From the NCBI RefSeq assembly GCF_963921235.1, contig NC_086097.1:18478001-18542000 (forward strand): DNA of 64,000 nucleotides, written 5' to 3'. The notes under the pieces are model-generated. The model had not been told where the DNA came from. It did not search any database and worked only from the letters and a program-made list of their open reading frames with translations. The translations under genes were made by a program, and so were the position numbers. The stretch is from Mobula hypostoma (Eukaryota). Shown here piece after piece: positions 1-11,599 of this stretch; the stretch's first letter is position 1, and every line of letters begins with the position of its first letter.

Positions 1-118
1 AGTACAAGGGATCTATTGGATAGGGTCCGCTACACTGCAGTTTCTTATGTTCCTGTACATTCAGATGGCTGTAATTTCAACCCTTGCTTTTTTTTCCTAT
101 TTTGATTTCGCATTTATA

Positions 119-541
119 GGTGGCAAGGTGGAGATACATCTCTAGGAAAGGAGGTGCAAGGTGTTCCTTCCCTCCGCCAGCCTGCAGGTCACCCTTGGAC
201 AAGGTGTAGCACCTGTTTATCCTCCTGACCAAGCTATGAGAGCAGGTGGTGGATGGTCATATAAGCAGCTGGTTGCATATCACAAATCCTAGTTATGCGA
301 CCACTGATGACAGGCAGACAATCTCTGAAGAGTATTGATAATGTCACTGATCATCCATCTTGGAAAGACACTGCCCAGAAGAAGGCAATGCCAAACCACT
401 TCTGTAGAAATATTTGCCAAGAATAATCATTATCATGGAGACCATGATCAGTCATGTCATACAAAATGGCATGTAATGATGACATCATACAACATGGCAC
501 ATAATGATGATGGCATACAACATGGCATGTAATGATGATGA
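119..541 (+). mobile_element. Non-autonomous retroelement/SINE with RTE-type 3' tail
   Basis: Contains GAAGAAGGCAATGCCAAACCACTTCTG (RTE/Bov-B-type tail motif) and ends in (ATG)n with a ~29-bp tail unit repeated three times; second copy on the minus strand at ~35940-36290. Confidence 0.75.
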
Positions 542-1150
542 ATATTGCTTATTCCTTAAGAAACCAAACTGACCAGATGGGTACTGAGTGATAAAAATTA
601 AAATATTCTATTCTCTCACAGAGATACTCTTGCAAAGAGAAGAATCTTTCACCCCTTCTGGTCTGAATTTGATCCTAGATTCCTGAGATTTAATGACACT
701 AGCTGACACTGTATATGTAAAATTGGCCAAGTGGCCATATTTGGTGCAAAACCAAGGAATAACTGTGCACTGAAGCGTAAATAAAGGCACATTTCTTCTC
801 TGGAGCTGTGACATGTATTTCAGTGGCAATATAATCGTTTCTGTTTGTTTATTGGTAACTCAAAAACAATCTCTAAAGAAGAATCATTACAACTGCACTC
901 CAGGGAATTCATGATCCATGAAATTTATCAACACCCGTCCACATATTGTGAAAGATTCACAACTACATCAGTTATAGATGAGTGAATGAAATTCGCTGTA
1001 TCATTTTAATGCTGAACCAGATGAGTGATGAGTCTCTTTTTTCTCCCCAGTCGGTTGAAGCACCTGGTTTTGTTCTATTCGTCTTCATAACCCCCAGTCG
1101 ATGAAATATCTGCTTTCAGGTAATTTACTCTAACGTGAAACTTTCTTATA

Positions 1151-2316
1151 TAGAGTCATAGAGTCATATAAAAGTACAGCACAGAAACAGGCCCCTCAGC
1201 CCATCTAGTCTTTCCCAAGCCATAAATGCCTGCTCACATCGACTGGCAACAGGGACATACGCTCCATGTCCCTAACATCCATGTACAGTACCTATCCAAA
1301 TTTCTCTTAAGCATTGAAATTGAGCTCTCATGCTCCTCTTGTGCTAGCAACCAGTTCTACACTCTTAAGACCCTCTGAGTGAAGAAGTTTTCCCTCATGT
1401 TCCCCTTAAACATTTCACCTTTCACTTGTAGCCCATGACCTGTAGTCGTAGTCCCAGCCAACCTTAGTGAAATAAGCCTGCTTGCATTTACCCTATCTAT
1501 ACCCCTCAAAATTTTGTATACCTCTGTTAAATCTTCTCTCAACCTTTTGCATCCGAGGAATAAAGTCCTAACCTATTCAAACTTTCCCTATATCTCAGGT
1601 CATCTAGACCCTGCAACATCCTTGTAAGTTTTCTCAGTACTCTTTCAACCTTACTTACATCTTTCCTGTAAGTGGGTGACTGAAGCTGCAACAGGGTAAT
1701 CCAAATTAGGTATCGCCAATGTCTTGTACAACTTCAACATAACATTCCATCTCCTGTACTCTACACATTAACTTGTGAAGGCCAATGTGCCAAAAGCTTT
1801 CTTTATGACCCTGTCAACCTGTGACACTACTTTCAATGAACTATAGACTGGCATTCCCAGATCCCTTTGTTCCACCACACTTCTTAGTGTCCTACTGTTT
1901 ACTGTGTCAGATCTACCCTAGTTGGTCCTACTGAAGTGAAACACCTCACATTTGTCTGCCTTAAATTCCAACTGCCATATTTTCCATCTGGTCCAGATTC
2001 CACTGCAAGCTCTGATAGACTTCCTCATTGTCCACCACACCCCAATCTTGGTGTCATCATAAATTTAACATCTCCTCTGTACCTACTTCCAAGCAACTTA
2101 AAACTGTGCCCCTTCATGTTAGCTATTTCCGCCCTGTGAAAAAGTCTCTGACTATCCACACGATCAATGACTCTCATCTTCTATACACCTCTATCTGGTC
2201 ACCTCTCATTCTCCATCACTCCAAGCAGACAAGACAAAGTTCACTCAACCTATTCTCATAAGGCATGCTCTCCAATCCAGGCAACATCCTCGTAAATCTC
2301 CTCTGCACTCTTCCTG
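1151..2316 (-). mobile_element. CR1 LINE 3' fragments (degenerate ORF2 C-terminus + 3'UTR)
   Basis: ORFs 1357-1542 (DLTEVYKILRG...NFFTQRV) and 2216-2533 (RVQRRFTRMLPGL); CR1 tail at 1151-1210. Confidence 0.9.
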
Positions 2317-2328
2317 TAGTATCCACAA

Positions 2329-2476
2329 GTATGGCGACACTTGCTGGCTGTCCCCAGCACAATCCTTGCATTCCAAGGATTGTGCTGGGGGTTGTTGGTT
2401 GTTGAAAAACAATGCATTTCACTGAATGTTTTGATGTTTCGATGTACATGTGACAAATAAAGCTAATCTTTATCTT
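2329..2476 (+). mobile_element. SINE 3' portion (ends TGTGACAAATAAAGCTAATCTT)
   Basis: Homologous to the 3' part of the SINE at 25312-25625 and to 17947-18085 (minus). Confidence 0.65.
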
Positions 2477-2832
2477 TCCTTCATGTATTTGACTTTGGAG
2501 ATGCATCATAGCTGAGCCGGATCTGACAGCCATTTTTGGTTTTGCACAGCCCTTTCAGCTAGACTCATTGCATCGTGGCCACGAGTGGATGTATAACATG
2601 TTGGTTAGGTCATTTTGGACTACGGTGTGCATTTCTGCTCACCATACTACAGGAAGGATGTGGAGGTTTTGGAGAGGGTGCAGAGGAGGTTCATCAGGAT
2701 CTGCCTGGATTGGACTATATTAATTATAAGGAGAGGTTGGAAAACTTAAATTTTTTTTTCCTGGAGCTTCAAAGGCTGAGGGGAAAACTGATAGAACTTA
2801 ATAAGAATCTGGAATAGATCATTAGAGTCTGG

Positions 2833-3403
2833 ATGTCAGGACCTCTGAGGACCTAACCTGGTCCCAAAATATCAATGCAGCTATAAAGAAGGCAAGACAG
2901 TGCATACACTTTTAGGAGTTTGAAGAGATTTGGTATGTCAACAAATACACTATAAAACTTCTATCGATGTACCATGGAGAGTACTCTGACATGCTGCATC
3001 ACTTGGGTACTAGTCTACAAAGTACCCAGCACATTTTCAAGGAGCGGTGTCTCAGAAAGGCAGCGTCCATTATTATTTTCTCACTGTTACCATCAGGTAG
3101 GAGATACAGAAGCCTGAAGGCACACACTCAGCGATTCAGGAACAGCTTCTTCCTCGCTGACATACAATTCCTAAATGGACATTGAACTGTGAACACTACC
3201 TCTCTTTTTCGATATATATTATTTCTGTTTTTGCATGATTTTTAATCTCCAATATACATATACTGTAATTGATTGATCGATCGATCAATTGATTTTTTTT
3301 TCTATCTCTTCTATATTGTGTATTGCATTGAACTGCCGCTGCTAAGTTAACAAATTTCATGACACATGCTGGTGATAATAAATCTGATTCTGATTCTGAT
3401 TCT
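2833..3403 (+). mobile_element. Rex1/Babar-type LINE 3' end nested in a CR1 fragment (~2600-3540)
   Basis: LLPSGRRYRSLKAHTQRFRNSFF peptide; (TCTGAT)n tail; CR1 sequence resumes after 3403. Confidence 0.85.
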
Positions 3404-5280
3404 GAAATGTCAAATACTAGAAGCTATAATTTTGAAATGAGAAGGGAAGCTGTGGAGAAACTTTTAAATGGTGGTAGGTGCCTGAAATGTACTGCGGTGG
3501 GGGTGGGGGATAGCAATATTTAAGTGGTGTTTAGACAGACATTCAAAGATTCAAACTGCATTTATTATCACACAATGTATAAATTATACAACCTTGAGAT
3601 TTGTTTATTTACAGGTAGTGACAAAGCAAGGAATCCGAAGGAACAAGATTTAAAAGAATAAGACCAACCCCCAGTGCCTACAGAGAAATAAAAAAAAAAG
3701 AATCATGCAAACAATAGAAGCGAGCAACAACAGAGTTCCAAACCAAATTGAGTCCTTAGACCCAAATCCCCAGAGCAGCCTGGAGTAGATCTAAAGCTTC
3801 TGCACTCAGTTCATGTGAACAGGCAGGAAAGATTGCTGAGCCTCTGGTGATGATCTTTGCATCATCCATGTGGACAGAAGATGTTCCAGAAGATTGGAGG
3901 GCTACAGATGTTGTTCCTTTATTCAAGAAAGGCAGTAGAGATAGCCCAGGAAATTATAGACCGGTGAGTCTTACTTCAGTGGTTGGTAAGTTAATGGAGA
4001 AGATCCTGAGAGGCAGGACTTATGAACATTTGGAGAAGCATAATATGATTAGGAATAGACAGCATGGTTTTGTGAGAGGCAGGTCGTGTCTTACAAGACT
4101 GCTTGAATTTTTTGGGGATGTGACTAAACACATTAATGAAGGTAGAACAGTAGATGCAGTGTATATGGATTTCAGCAAGACATTTGACATGGCACCCCAT
4201 ACAGGGCTTATTGAGAAAGTAAGAGACGTGGGATCCAAGGGGACACAGAAGGCAAAGAGTGGTTGTAGAAGGGTCATATTCTGCATGGAGGTTGGTCACC
4301 AGTGGTGTGCCTCAGGGATCTGTTCTGGGACCCCTACTCTTCGTGATTTTTATACATGACCTGGATGAGGAAGCGGAGGGATGGGTTAGTAAATTTGCTG
4401 ATGACACAAAGGCTGAGTGTGTTGTGGATAGTGTGGTGGGCTGTCAGAGGTTACAACGGGACATTGATAGGATGCAAAACTGGGCTGAGAAGTTGCAGGT
4501 GGAGTTCAACCCAGATAAGTGTGAGGTTGTTCATCTTAGTAGGTCAAATATGATGGCAGAATATAGTATTAATGGTAAGACTCTTGGCAGTCTGGAGGAT
4601 CAGAAGGATCTTGAGGTCCCAGTCCACAGGACGCTCAAAGCAGCTGCGCAGGTTGACTCTGTGGTTAAGAAGACATACAGTGCATTGGCCTTCATTAACC
4701 ATGGGATTGAGTTTAAGAGCCGAGAGATAATGTTGCAGCTATATAGGACCCTGGTCAGAACCCACTTGGAGTACTGTGCTCAGTTCTGGTCGCCTCACTA
4801 CAGGAAGGATGTGGAAACCATAGAAAGGGTGCAAAGGAGATTTACAAGGATGTTGCCTGGATTGGGGAGCGTGCCTAATGAGAATAGGTTGAGTGAACTC
4901 GGCCTTTTTTCCTTGGAGCGACAGAGGATGAGAGGTGACCTGATAGAGGTGTATAAGATGATGAGAGGAATTGATCGTGTGGATAGTCAGAGGCTTTTTT
5001 CCCAGGGCTGAAAGGGCTAGCGTGTGAAGGAACAGGTTTAAGGTGCTTGGAAGTAGCTACAGAGGAGAGTCAGGAGTAAGTTTCTAACGCAGAGAGTGGT
5101 GAGTGCGTGGAATGGACTGCTGGCGACGGTGGTGGAGGTGGATATGATAGGGTATTTTAAGAGACTCCTGGACAGGTATATGGAGCTCAGAAAAATAGAG
5201 GGCTATGGGTAACCCTAGGTAATTTCTAAGGTAAGGGAATGTTCGGCTCAGTTTTGTGGACCGAAGGGTCTGTATTGTGC

Positions 5281-5990
5281 AACACTTCACCTGTGAGTCG
5301 GCTGGGGTGATATACTGCATCCGGTGCTCCCGATGTGGCCTTTTATATATTGGCGAGACCCGACGCAGACTGGGAGACCGCTTTGCTGAACATCTACGCT
5401 CTGTCCGCCAGAGAAAGCAGGATCTCCCAGTGGCCACACATTTTAATTCCACATCCCATTCCCATTCTGACATGTCTATCCACGGCCTCCTCTACTGTAA
5501 AGATGAAGCCACACTCAGGTTGGAGGAACAACACCTTATATTCCGTCTGGGTAGCCTCCAACCTGATGGCATGAGCATCGACTTCTCTAACTTCCGCTAA
5601 TGCCCCACCTCCCCCTCGTACCCCATCTGTTACTTATTTTTACACACATATTCTTTCTCTCTCTCTCCTTTTTCTCCCTCTGTCCCTCTGAACATACCCC
5701 TTGCCCATCCTCTGGGTCCCCCCCCCTTGTCTTTCTTCCCGGACCTCCTGTCCCATGATCCTCTCGTATCCCTTTTGCCTATCACCTGTCCAGCTCTTGG
5801 CTCCATCCCTCCCCCTTCTGTCTTCTCCTATCATTTTGGATCTTCCCCTCCCCCTCCCACTTTCAAATCCCTTACTCACTCTTCCTTCAATTAGTCCTGA
5901 CGAAGGGTCTTGTCCTGAAACGTCGACTGCACCTCTTCCTAGAGATGCTACCTGGCCTGCTGCATTCACCAGCAACTTTTATGTGTGTTG
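5281..5990 (+). mobile_element. Penelope-like element 3' end: GIY-YIG endonuclease C-terminus + pLTR/3'UTR
   Basis: ORF 5256-5600 VIYCIRCSRCGLLYIGETRRRLGDRFAEH...LEEQHLIFRLGSLQPDG; 11-bp TSD CTGTATTGTGC at 5270-5280 and 5991-6001. Confidence 0.95.
5893..5928 (+). ncRNA. Minimal type I hammerhead ribozyme motif in the PLE terminus
   Basis: AGTC-CTGACGA-AGGGTCTTGTCCT-GAAA-CG-TC-GACT: stem I AGTC/GACT, CUGANGA and GAAA cores, UC cleavage site. Confidence 0.8.
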
Positions 5991-7479
5991 CTGTATTGTG
6001 CTGTAGGTTTTCTATGTTTCTATGAATGCTAGCCAGGCAAATGGGGTTAGTACGCCCACTCTGAAGACATTTTCCTGCTCTGGGATTAGTTTAATTTGGC
6101 ATCATTGCCAGTGCACACATTGTGAGCTAAAGGGTCTGTTCCTGTGCTGTACTGTTCTATGTTCTGTGTTACAAGCTGATTAAGCTTTCTTCTTATTGTG
6201 CCTCAGCTTCTGGTCTCCAAGCCAAACTCCTCACCCATTCTCTGTCATGGGTCATCAATTTACCACGATATGAAAATAAAAATCACTGGAAAGTAAACTT
6301 CCCAGTCAGTGTTCTGAAGTACATCATTCTAAGTGATATACAGAGGCCAGCTCGTTACAGTGATGTCCGTGTGTTTGCATGCTTCGTGCCACAGTGCAGT
6401 TTCGTCCAGTGGCTTCAGGATGGAGTGAGAGGACTGGGAATGCTGAGGGGAGAAACCTAGCTTCTGTCTCACTGAATGTGATGCTCAGTAGTCCCAGCTA
6501 TCCTTCAGAGCACAGGTTGCTTTATCGCTGTGATATCCCGCAAAGGACTTTGCTCATGGGTGTCCAAGACTGCAATGGCACTAGACTGACAGTATAGAGT
6601 ACTGTGTGCCTAAGACTATTACATAGTACTGTACGGTACAACTTCTCAGAACTAAACACCGCTAGAGTTGATGGAAACTGAGTTAATCAGTTCCTTGAAA
6701 TAGGAGTTGGATATGTACGAGAGAGTGAATACCGTGGAGTGTTGAGGGGAAGGAGTATTGGAACAGGCAGGTGGGTAGTGTCTAAGCTGGGAAGGCACGA
6801 AGTGTCAGCACAGACTCAGTGGGTCTATGGCTTCCTTCCGTGACATAACGATTCCATCATTTTATGGACAATAGGCAAATTAAAATGGCACTCCCTCAGG
6901 GATGATGGATGAAGTGCAAGACTCTAAGTAAAGAGAAGATAAGAAGCAGCTCCTCATTATCGTAGATATAAAATCGCTGATCGGGAGATTCCAAACGTGA
7001 TTTAAAATTCACACAGTTGTAATCTTTTATTTAATATTGACATACTCCAAAGCCTTTTCCCTGTGGATGCAGAGGAATTAAACTCTGAAAGCTTTAATGC
7101 TTTGCTTTCAGCCTTCCAGTGCCGAGATATTTCTTTAAAGACTGTCAGCAGCTCCAGAAAGATGCATACACTGGTCCCAGACTTAGCGGTCAGAATGCAT
7201 TTGTAGAATGAAACAGTCATTCTAGAACTGTACATGGGGGAGTACCATATTACTGACTGCACAGCTGTGCTGGTAAGTAGGCACAGTGGGAGTGAGGTCA
7301 GAGTTCAGTGGGGGGTGGGGGGGAGTTGCTGGTATTAGCTGGACAGAGATGAGTACTGAGATGAGGAGCTTGGAGCTGCACCCTGGCTGGTTTAATGAGT
7401 ATAGGTACTGCTGGGGATTGGCAGCAGATACTCCACAGATCCAGGTCCTTCACTCCACCTCCTTATTTCCTGGGATGAG

Positions 7480-7915
7480 AGGGCTATCTTAGCAGTGGAG
7501 GCTAAACAGGCTGGCTCCTTATTCTCTGGAGTTGAGAAGAATGAGGGGGCAAATATTGAGGAAACTATAGAGGGGAAAGTACAGGGGGAATGTATACAGA
7601 GAGTGGTAGGTACATGGAACATGCTACCAAGAGCGGTGGTAAAGGCACATTCATTAGGGACATTTAAGAGACTTAGATAAGCACATGATAGAATGAAAAA
7701 ACAGAGGGCTATGTGGGAGAGAAGGGTTAGATTGACCTTAGAGTAAGTTAAAATGTTGCCACAACATCGTAGGTTGAAGGACCTGGACTGTGCGGTATTG
7801 TTCTGTGGCCTGTGTTATTGAAACATACAAGGTGCTGAGGGGTAATGACAGAGAAAATGTGAAGATGTTTCCATGAGTGGGAAAATGTCAAAAGAATGGA
7901 CATCATTACGTGATA
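7480..7915 (+). mobile_element. Old CR1 3' fragments
   Basis: QRVVGTWNMLPRAVV peptide and CR1 3'UTR motif. Confidence 0.7.
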
Positions 7916-8140
7916 AGGCTATCGTTTCTTTAGACTAAATGTAGAACTCATCACAATTCCACATTGAAGAATCTGTAATTCAGCTTAACTATAAGAGGAA
8001 CTAATTTGCTCTAAATTTAGCTGGATAACGTAAATGGCTGTCACCTGCGAGGGCTTAAAGGAAAATGAAGGGTCTCGGCCCTAAACATCGGCTCATTATT
8101 CTCCATAGATGCTACCTGACCCGTTGAGTTCCTCCAACAT

Positions 8141-8175
8141 TGTGTGTGTGTCTGTGTGTGTGTGTGTGTGTGTGT
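8141..8175. repeat. (TG)n microsatellite at the end of a PLE terminal fragment (~8065-8175)
   Basis: About 17 TG units with one interruption. Confidence 0.9.
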
Positions 8176-8218
8176 TACTCAGCACTTAAAGGAACTAAAA
8201 TGCTGAGGCTACAACAGG

Positions 8219-8722
8219 TTGTAGCCTCAAACCTGATGGCATGAACATTGACTTCTCTAACTTCCGTTAATGCCCTTCCTCCCCTTCTTATCCCATCCCT
8301 TATTTATTTGTTTGTTTGTTTATTTATTTATTTATTTCCCCCCTTTCTTTCTCTCTCTTTTTTGTCCCTCTGTCCCTCTCACTATATCTTCTTGTGGTGC
8401 TCCCCTCCCCCTTCCTTTCTCCCTAGGCCTCCCGTCCCATGATCCTCTCCCTTCTCCAGCCTTGTATCCCTTTTGTCAATCAACTTTCCAGCTCTTAGCC
8501 CCATCCCTCCACCTCCTGTCTTCTCCTATCATTTCGGATCGCCCCCTCCTCCTCCCACTTTCAAATCTCTTACTATCTCTTCCTTCAGTTAGTCCTGGCA
8601 AAGTGTCTAGACCCGAAATGTCGACTGTACCTCTTCCTATAGATGTTGCCTGGCCTGCTACGTTCTACTAGCACTTTGTGTGTGTTGCTTGAATTTCCAG
8701 CATCTGCAGATTTCCTCATGTT
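8219..8722 (+). mobile_element. Penelope-like element 3' end (pLTR) with degenerate hammerhead at 8591-8626
   Basis: Homologous to 5550-5990. Confidence 0.9.
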
Positions 8723-9633
8723 TTCATTCCCAGTTGAGCAGCTTTGGAATTAATGAGACTGTTGGCAGGAAGAAGGTGAACCATTGTGAGTTTAGACTCA
8801 GATGGGGGGAATTGGATGAAATAAAGCAGGACCGCTTGTCTCCTTGCTGTGAGTTTATTTTTTCGTACATTGAGGATCAAATTAACTGCATGTATCAATT
8901 GATACAGACTCTGTATTCTGACAGCAGTGATATTCCACATGAATCCTCATCTTTTATTAGCATCAACCGACCTCCATTCCCTTTCTTCTCACATGCCACC
9001 TAGATTTGCCTTAAAATAGACACCATTATTTGTCTCAAATTGCTCTCCGTGGTAACAAGCTCCACACCTTCAGTGCTAACTGGATTTCTTCTGAATTTCC
9101 CTTTTGATTTCCTGTTGACATCATTATAATAGTGGCCTCTGGGTTTTTTTTTATTTTTCTCTTCCACAGAAGTGTAACTATGCTTTGAGAACCTTTCAGC
9201 AATCCATTCAATTGTGTGATGTGACACACAACAGCCTATCACTATTCACCCTCAGGTCGCTGGTGCTGAGTTGTCCTCTTGATCTGCTGCTGTCCTTCTG
9301 CCGAGGATAGCACCACTGTGCTGCAGGAGTGGAGTTTTCAGATTTAGATTCAGCAATGAAGTAATGATAAAGTTTCATTGACCTGTTGGCAGTTGCATAT
9401 CTATGTTATGATCATCGTACAGTCTTCCTCATTTAAGAACGTTAACAAAAGGCCAACTCTGATTATTCATCCTCAACATTTTGTTCTTGTACATCGTTTT
9501 TACACTCTCTTCCAATATCTCTGTTTCCTTTCAATGTTATGGACTTTTATGCAAGGCAATCACCCAGCATCGAGTGGATAGTATTTGCTGAAGAATGTCA
9601 CTGTAAACACTAAACTTGTAGTTACGTTCAATC

Positions 9634-11590
9634 ACAAACAAGAGAAAATCTGCAGATGCTGGAAATCCAAGTAACACAAATGCAGTGCTGGAGGAACTCT
9701 GCGGGCCAAGCAGCATCTATGGAAATAAGTAAACAGTCAACATTTCAGGCCGAGACCCTTCATCAGGACTGATAAAAAGGAGATGAGAAGTCAGAGTATG
9801 AAGGGGGGGGAGGGGAAGAAGAAATACAAAGCAGTAGGTTATTGGTGAAACTGGGAGAGGGGGAGAGATGAAGAATCTATCTATAAATTTGCTGACGATA
9901 CAACCATTGTTGGTAGAATCTACGGTGGTGACGAGAGGGCGTACAGGAGTGAGATATGCCAACTAGTGGAATGGTGTCACAGCAACAATCTGACACTCAA
10001 CATCAGTAAGACGAAAGAGCTGATTGTGAACTTCAGGAAGGGTAAGATGAAGGAACACGAACCAATCCTCATAGAGGGATCAGAAGTGGAGAGAGTGAGC
10101 AGCTTCAAGTTCCTGGGTGTCAAGATCTCTGAGGATCTAACCTGGTTCCAACATATCGATGTAGTTATAAAGAAGGCAAGACAGTGGCTATACTTTATTA
10201 GGAGTTTGAAGAGATTTGGCATGTCAACAAATACACTCAAATACTTCTATAGTTGTACTGTGAAGAGCATTCTGACAGGCTGTATCACTGTCTGGTATGG
10301 AGGGGCTACAGCACAGGACCGAAAGAAGCTGCAGAAGGATGTAAATCTAACCAGCTCCATCTTGGGCACTAGCCTACAAAGTACCCAGGGCATCTTTAGG
10401 GAGTGGTGTCTCAGAAAGGCAGCATCCATTATTAAGGACCTCCAGCACCCAGGGCATGCCCTTTTTTCACTGTTACGATCAAGTAGGAGATACAGAAGCC
10501 TGAAGGCACACACTCAGCGATTCAGGAACAGCTTCTTCCCCTCTGCCATCCGATTCCTAAATGGACATTGAAATTTTGGACACTACCTCACTTCTTTTTA
10601 ATACATAGTATTTCTGTTTTTGTATGTTTATTTAATCTATTCAATATATGTAATTGATTTACCTGTTAATTTATTATTATGTATTATTTTATTTAGTGTT
10701 ATTATTTTTTTCTCTCTGTCAGATTATGTATTACATTGAACTGCTGCTGCTAAGTTAACAAATCTCACATCACATGCTGGTGATAATAATTCTGATTCTG
10801 CTTCTGATTCTAAAGAGCTGGGAAGTTGATTGGTGAAAGAGATAAGGGCTGGAGAAGGGGGAATCTGATAGGAGAGGACAGAGGCCATGGAAGAAAGGGA
10901 GGGGGAGGTGCACCAGAGGGAGGTGATGGGCAGGTAAGGAGATAAGGTGGAAGAGGGAAATGGGAATGGGGAAAGGTGAAGGGGAGCGGGTGGAGGGTCA
11001 ATTACTGGAAGTCTGAGAAATTTATGTTCATGCCATCAGGTTGGAGGATACTCAAACAGAATATAAGCTGTTGCTCCCCCAACCTGAGTGTGGCCTTATT
11101 GTGGCAATAGAGGAGGCATGGATTGGCATGTCAGAATGGGAATGAGAAGTAGAATTGAAATGCGTAGCCACTGGGAGATCTCGTTTTTTCTGGTGGATGG
11201 GGCGTAGGTGCTCAGTGAAGCAGTCTCCCAATCTACGCTGGGTCTCATCGATATGCAGGAGGCCACTCCGGAAGCAGCTGCCACAGTATATGATCCCAAT
11301 AGAGTCACTGATGAAGTGTCGCCTCACCTGGAAGAACTGTTTGGGGCCCTGAAAGATAGTGAGGGAGGAGGTATAGGTGGTATAGGGGGCAGGTGTAGCA
11401 CTTGTTCCACTTGCAAGGCTAAGTGCCAGGAGGGAGATCAGTGAGGAATGAGATCTGCCATCTTCAAGGGAATCCCCAGCACCAAGCACATCTTTCTCTC
11501 TCCCCAATTTCTGCTTTCCACAGAGATTGGTCCTTACGCGACTCCCTTGTCCATTCATCTATTCCCACTGATCTTCATCTTGGCACTATT
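9634..11590 (-). mobile_element. Penelope-like element (GIY-YIG + pLTR), split by a Rex1/Babar insertion and carrying a 5' inverted segment (~11450-11590)
   Basis: ORF 11052-11558 contains GIIYCGSCFRSGLLHIDETQRRLGDCFTEH; hammerhead motif 9735-9770 (minus); PLE sequence is continuous across 9873/10811. Confidence 0.9.
9874..10810 (+). mobile_element. Rex1/Babar-type LINE, 5'-truncated (RT C-terminus)
   Basis: KFADDTTIVG at ~9883-9912; ORF 9966-10571 (LNISKTKELIVNFRK, FKFLGVKISEDLTW, KKARQWLYFIRSLK); (TCTGAT)n tail. Confidence 0.92.
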
Positions 11591-11599
11591 TTCTCAAAA

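Larger units (their letters stand above)
3820..6024 (+). mobile_element. 5'-truncated CR1 LINE with frameshifted RT, interrupted by a PLE at 5281-5990
   Basis: ORFs 3847-4359 (NYRPVSLTSVVGK) and 4259-5011 (GVPQGSVLGP, KFADDTK); (TTTCTATG)n tail at 6008-6024. Confidence 0.95.

Noticed and set aside
119..250. Possible second HDV-like fold at the 5' end of the RTE-tailed SINE (GGTGG…TTCCCTCCG…GGTCACCCTTGG)
   Set aside because: P2, P3 and J4/2 could not be assigned consistently in either decayed copy; needs a family consensus
1051..1119. Candidate exon with strong acceptor (TCTCTTTTTTCTCCCCAG) and donor (CAG/GTAATT)
   Set aside because: Stop codons in all three frames; at most a non-coding exon, with no support
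7112..7272. Candidate exon ending in CTG/GTAAGT
   Set aside because: All three frames contain stops and no recognisable protein similarity
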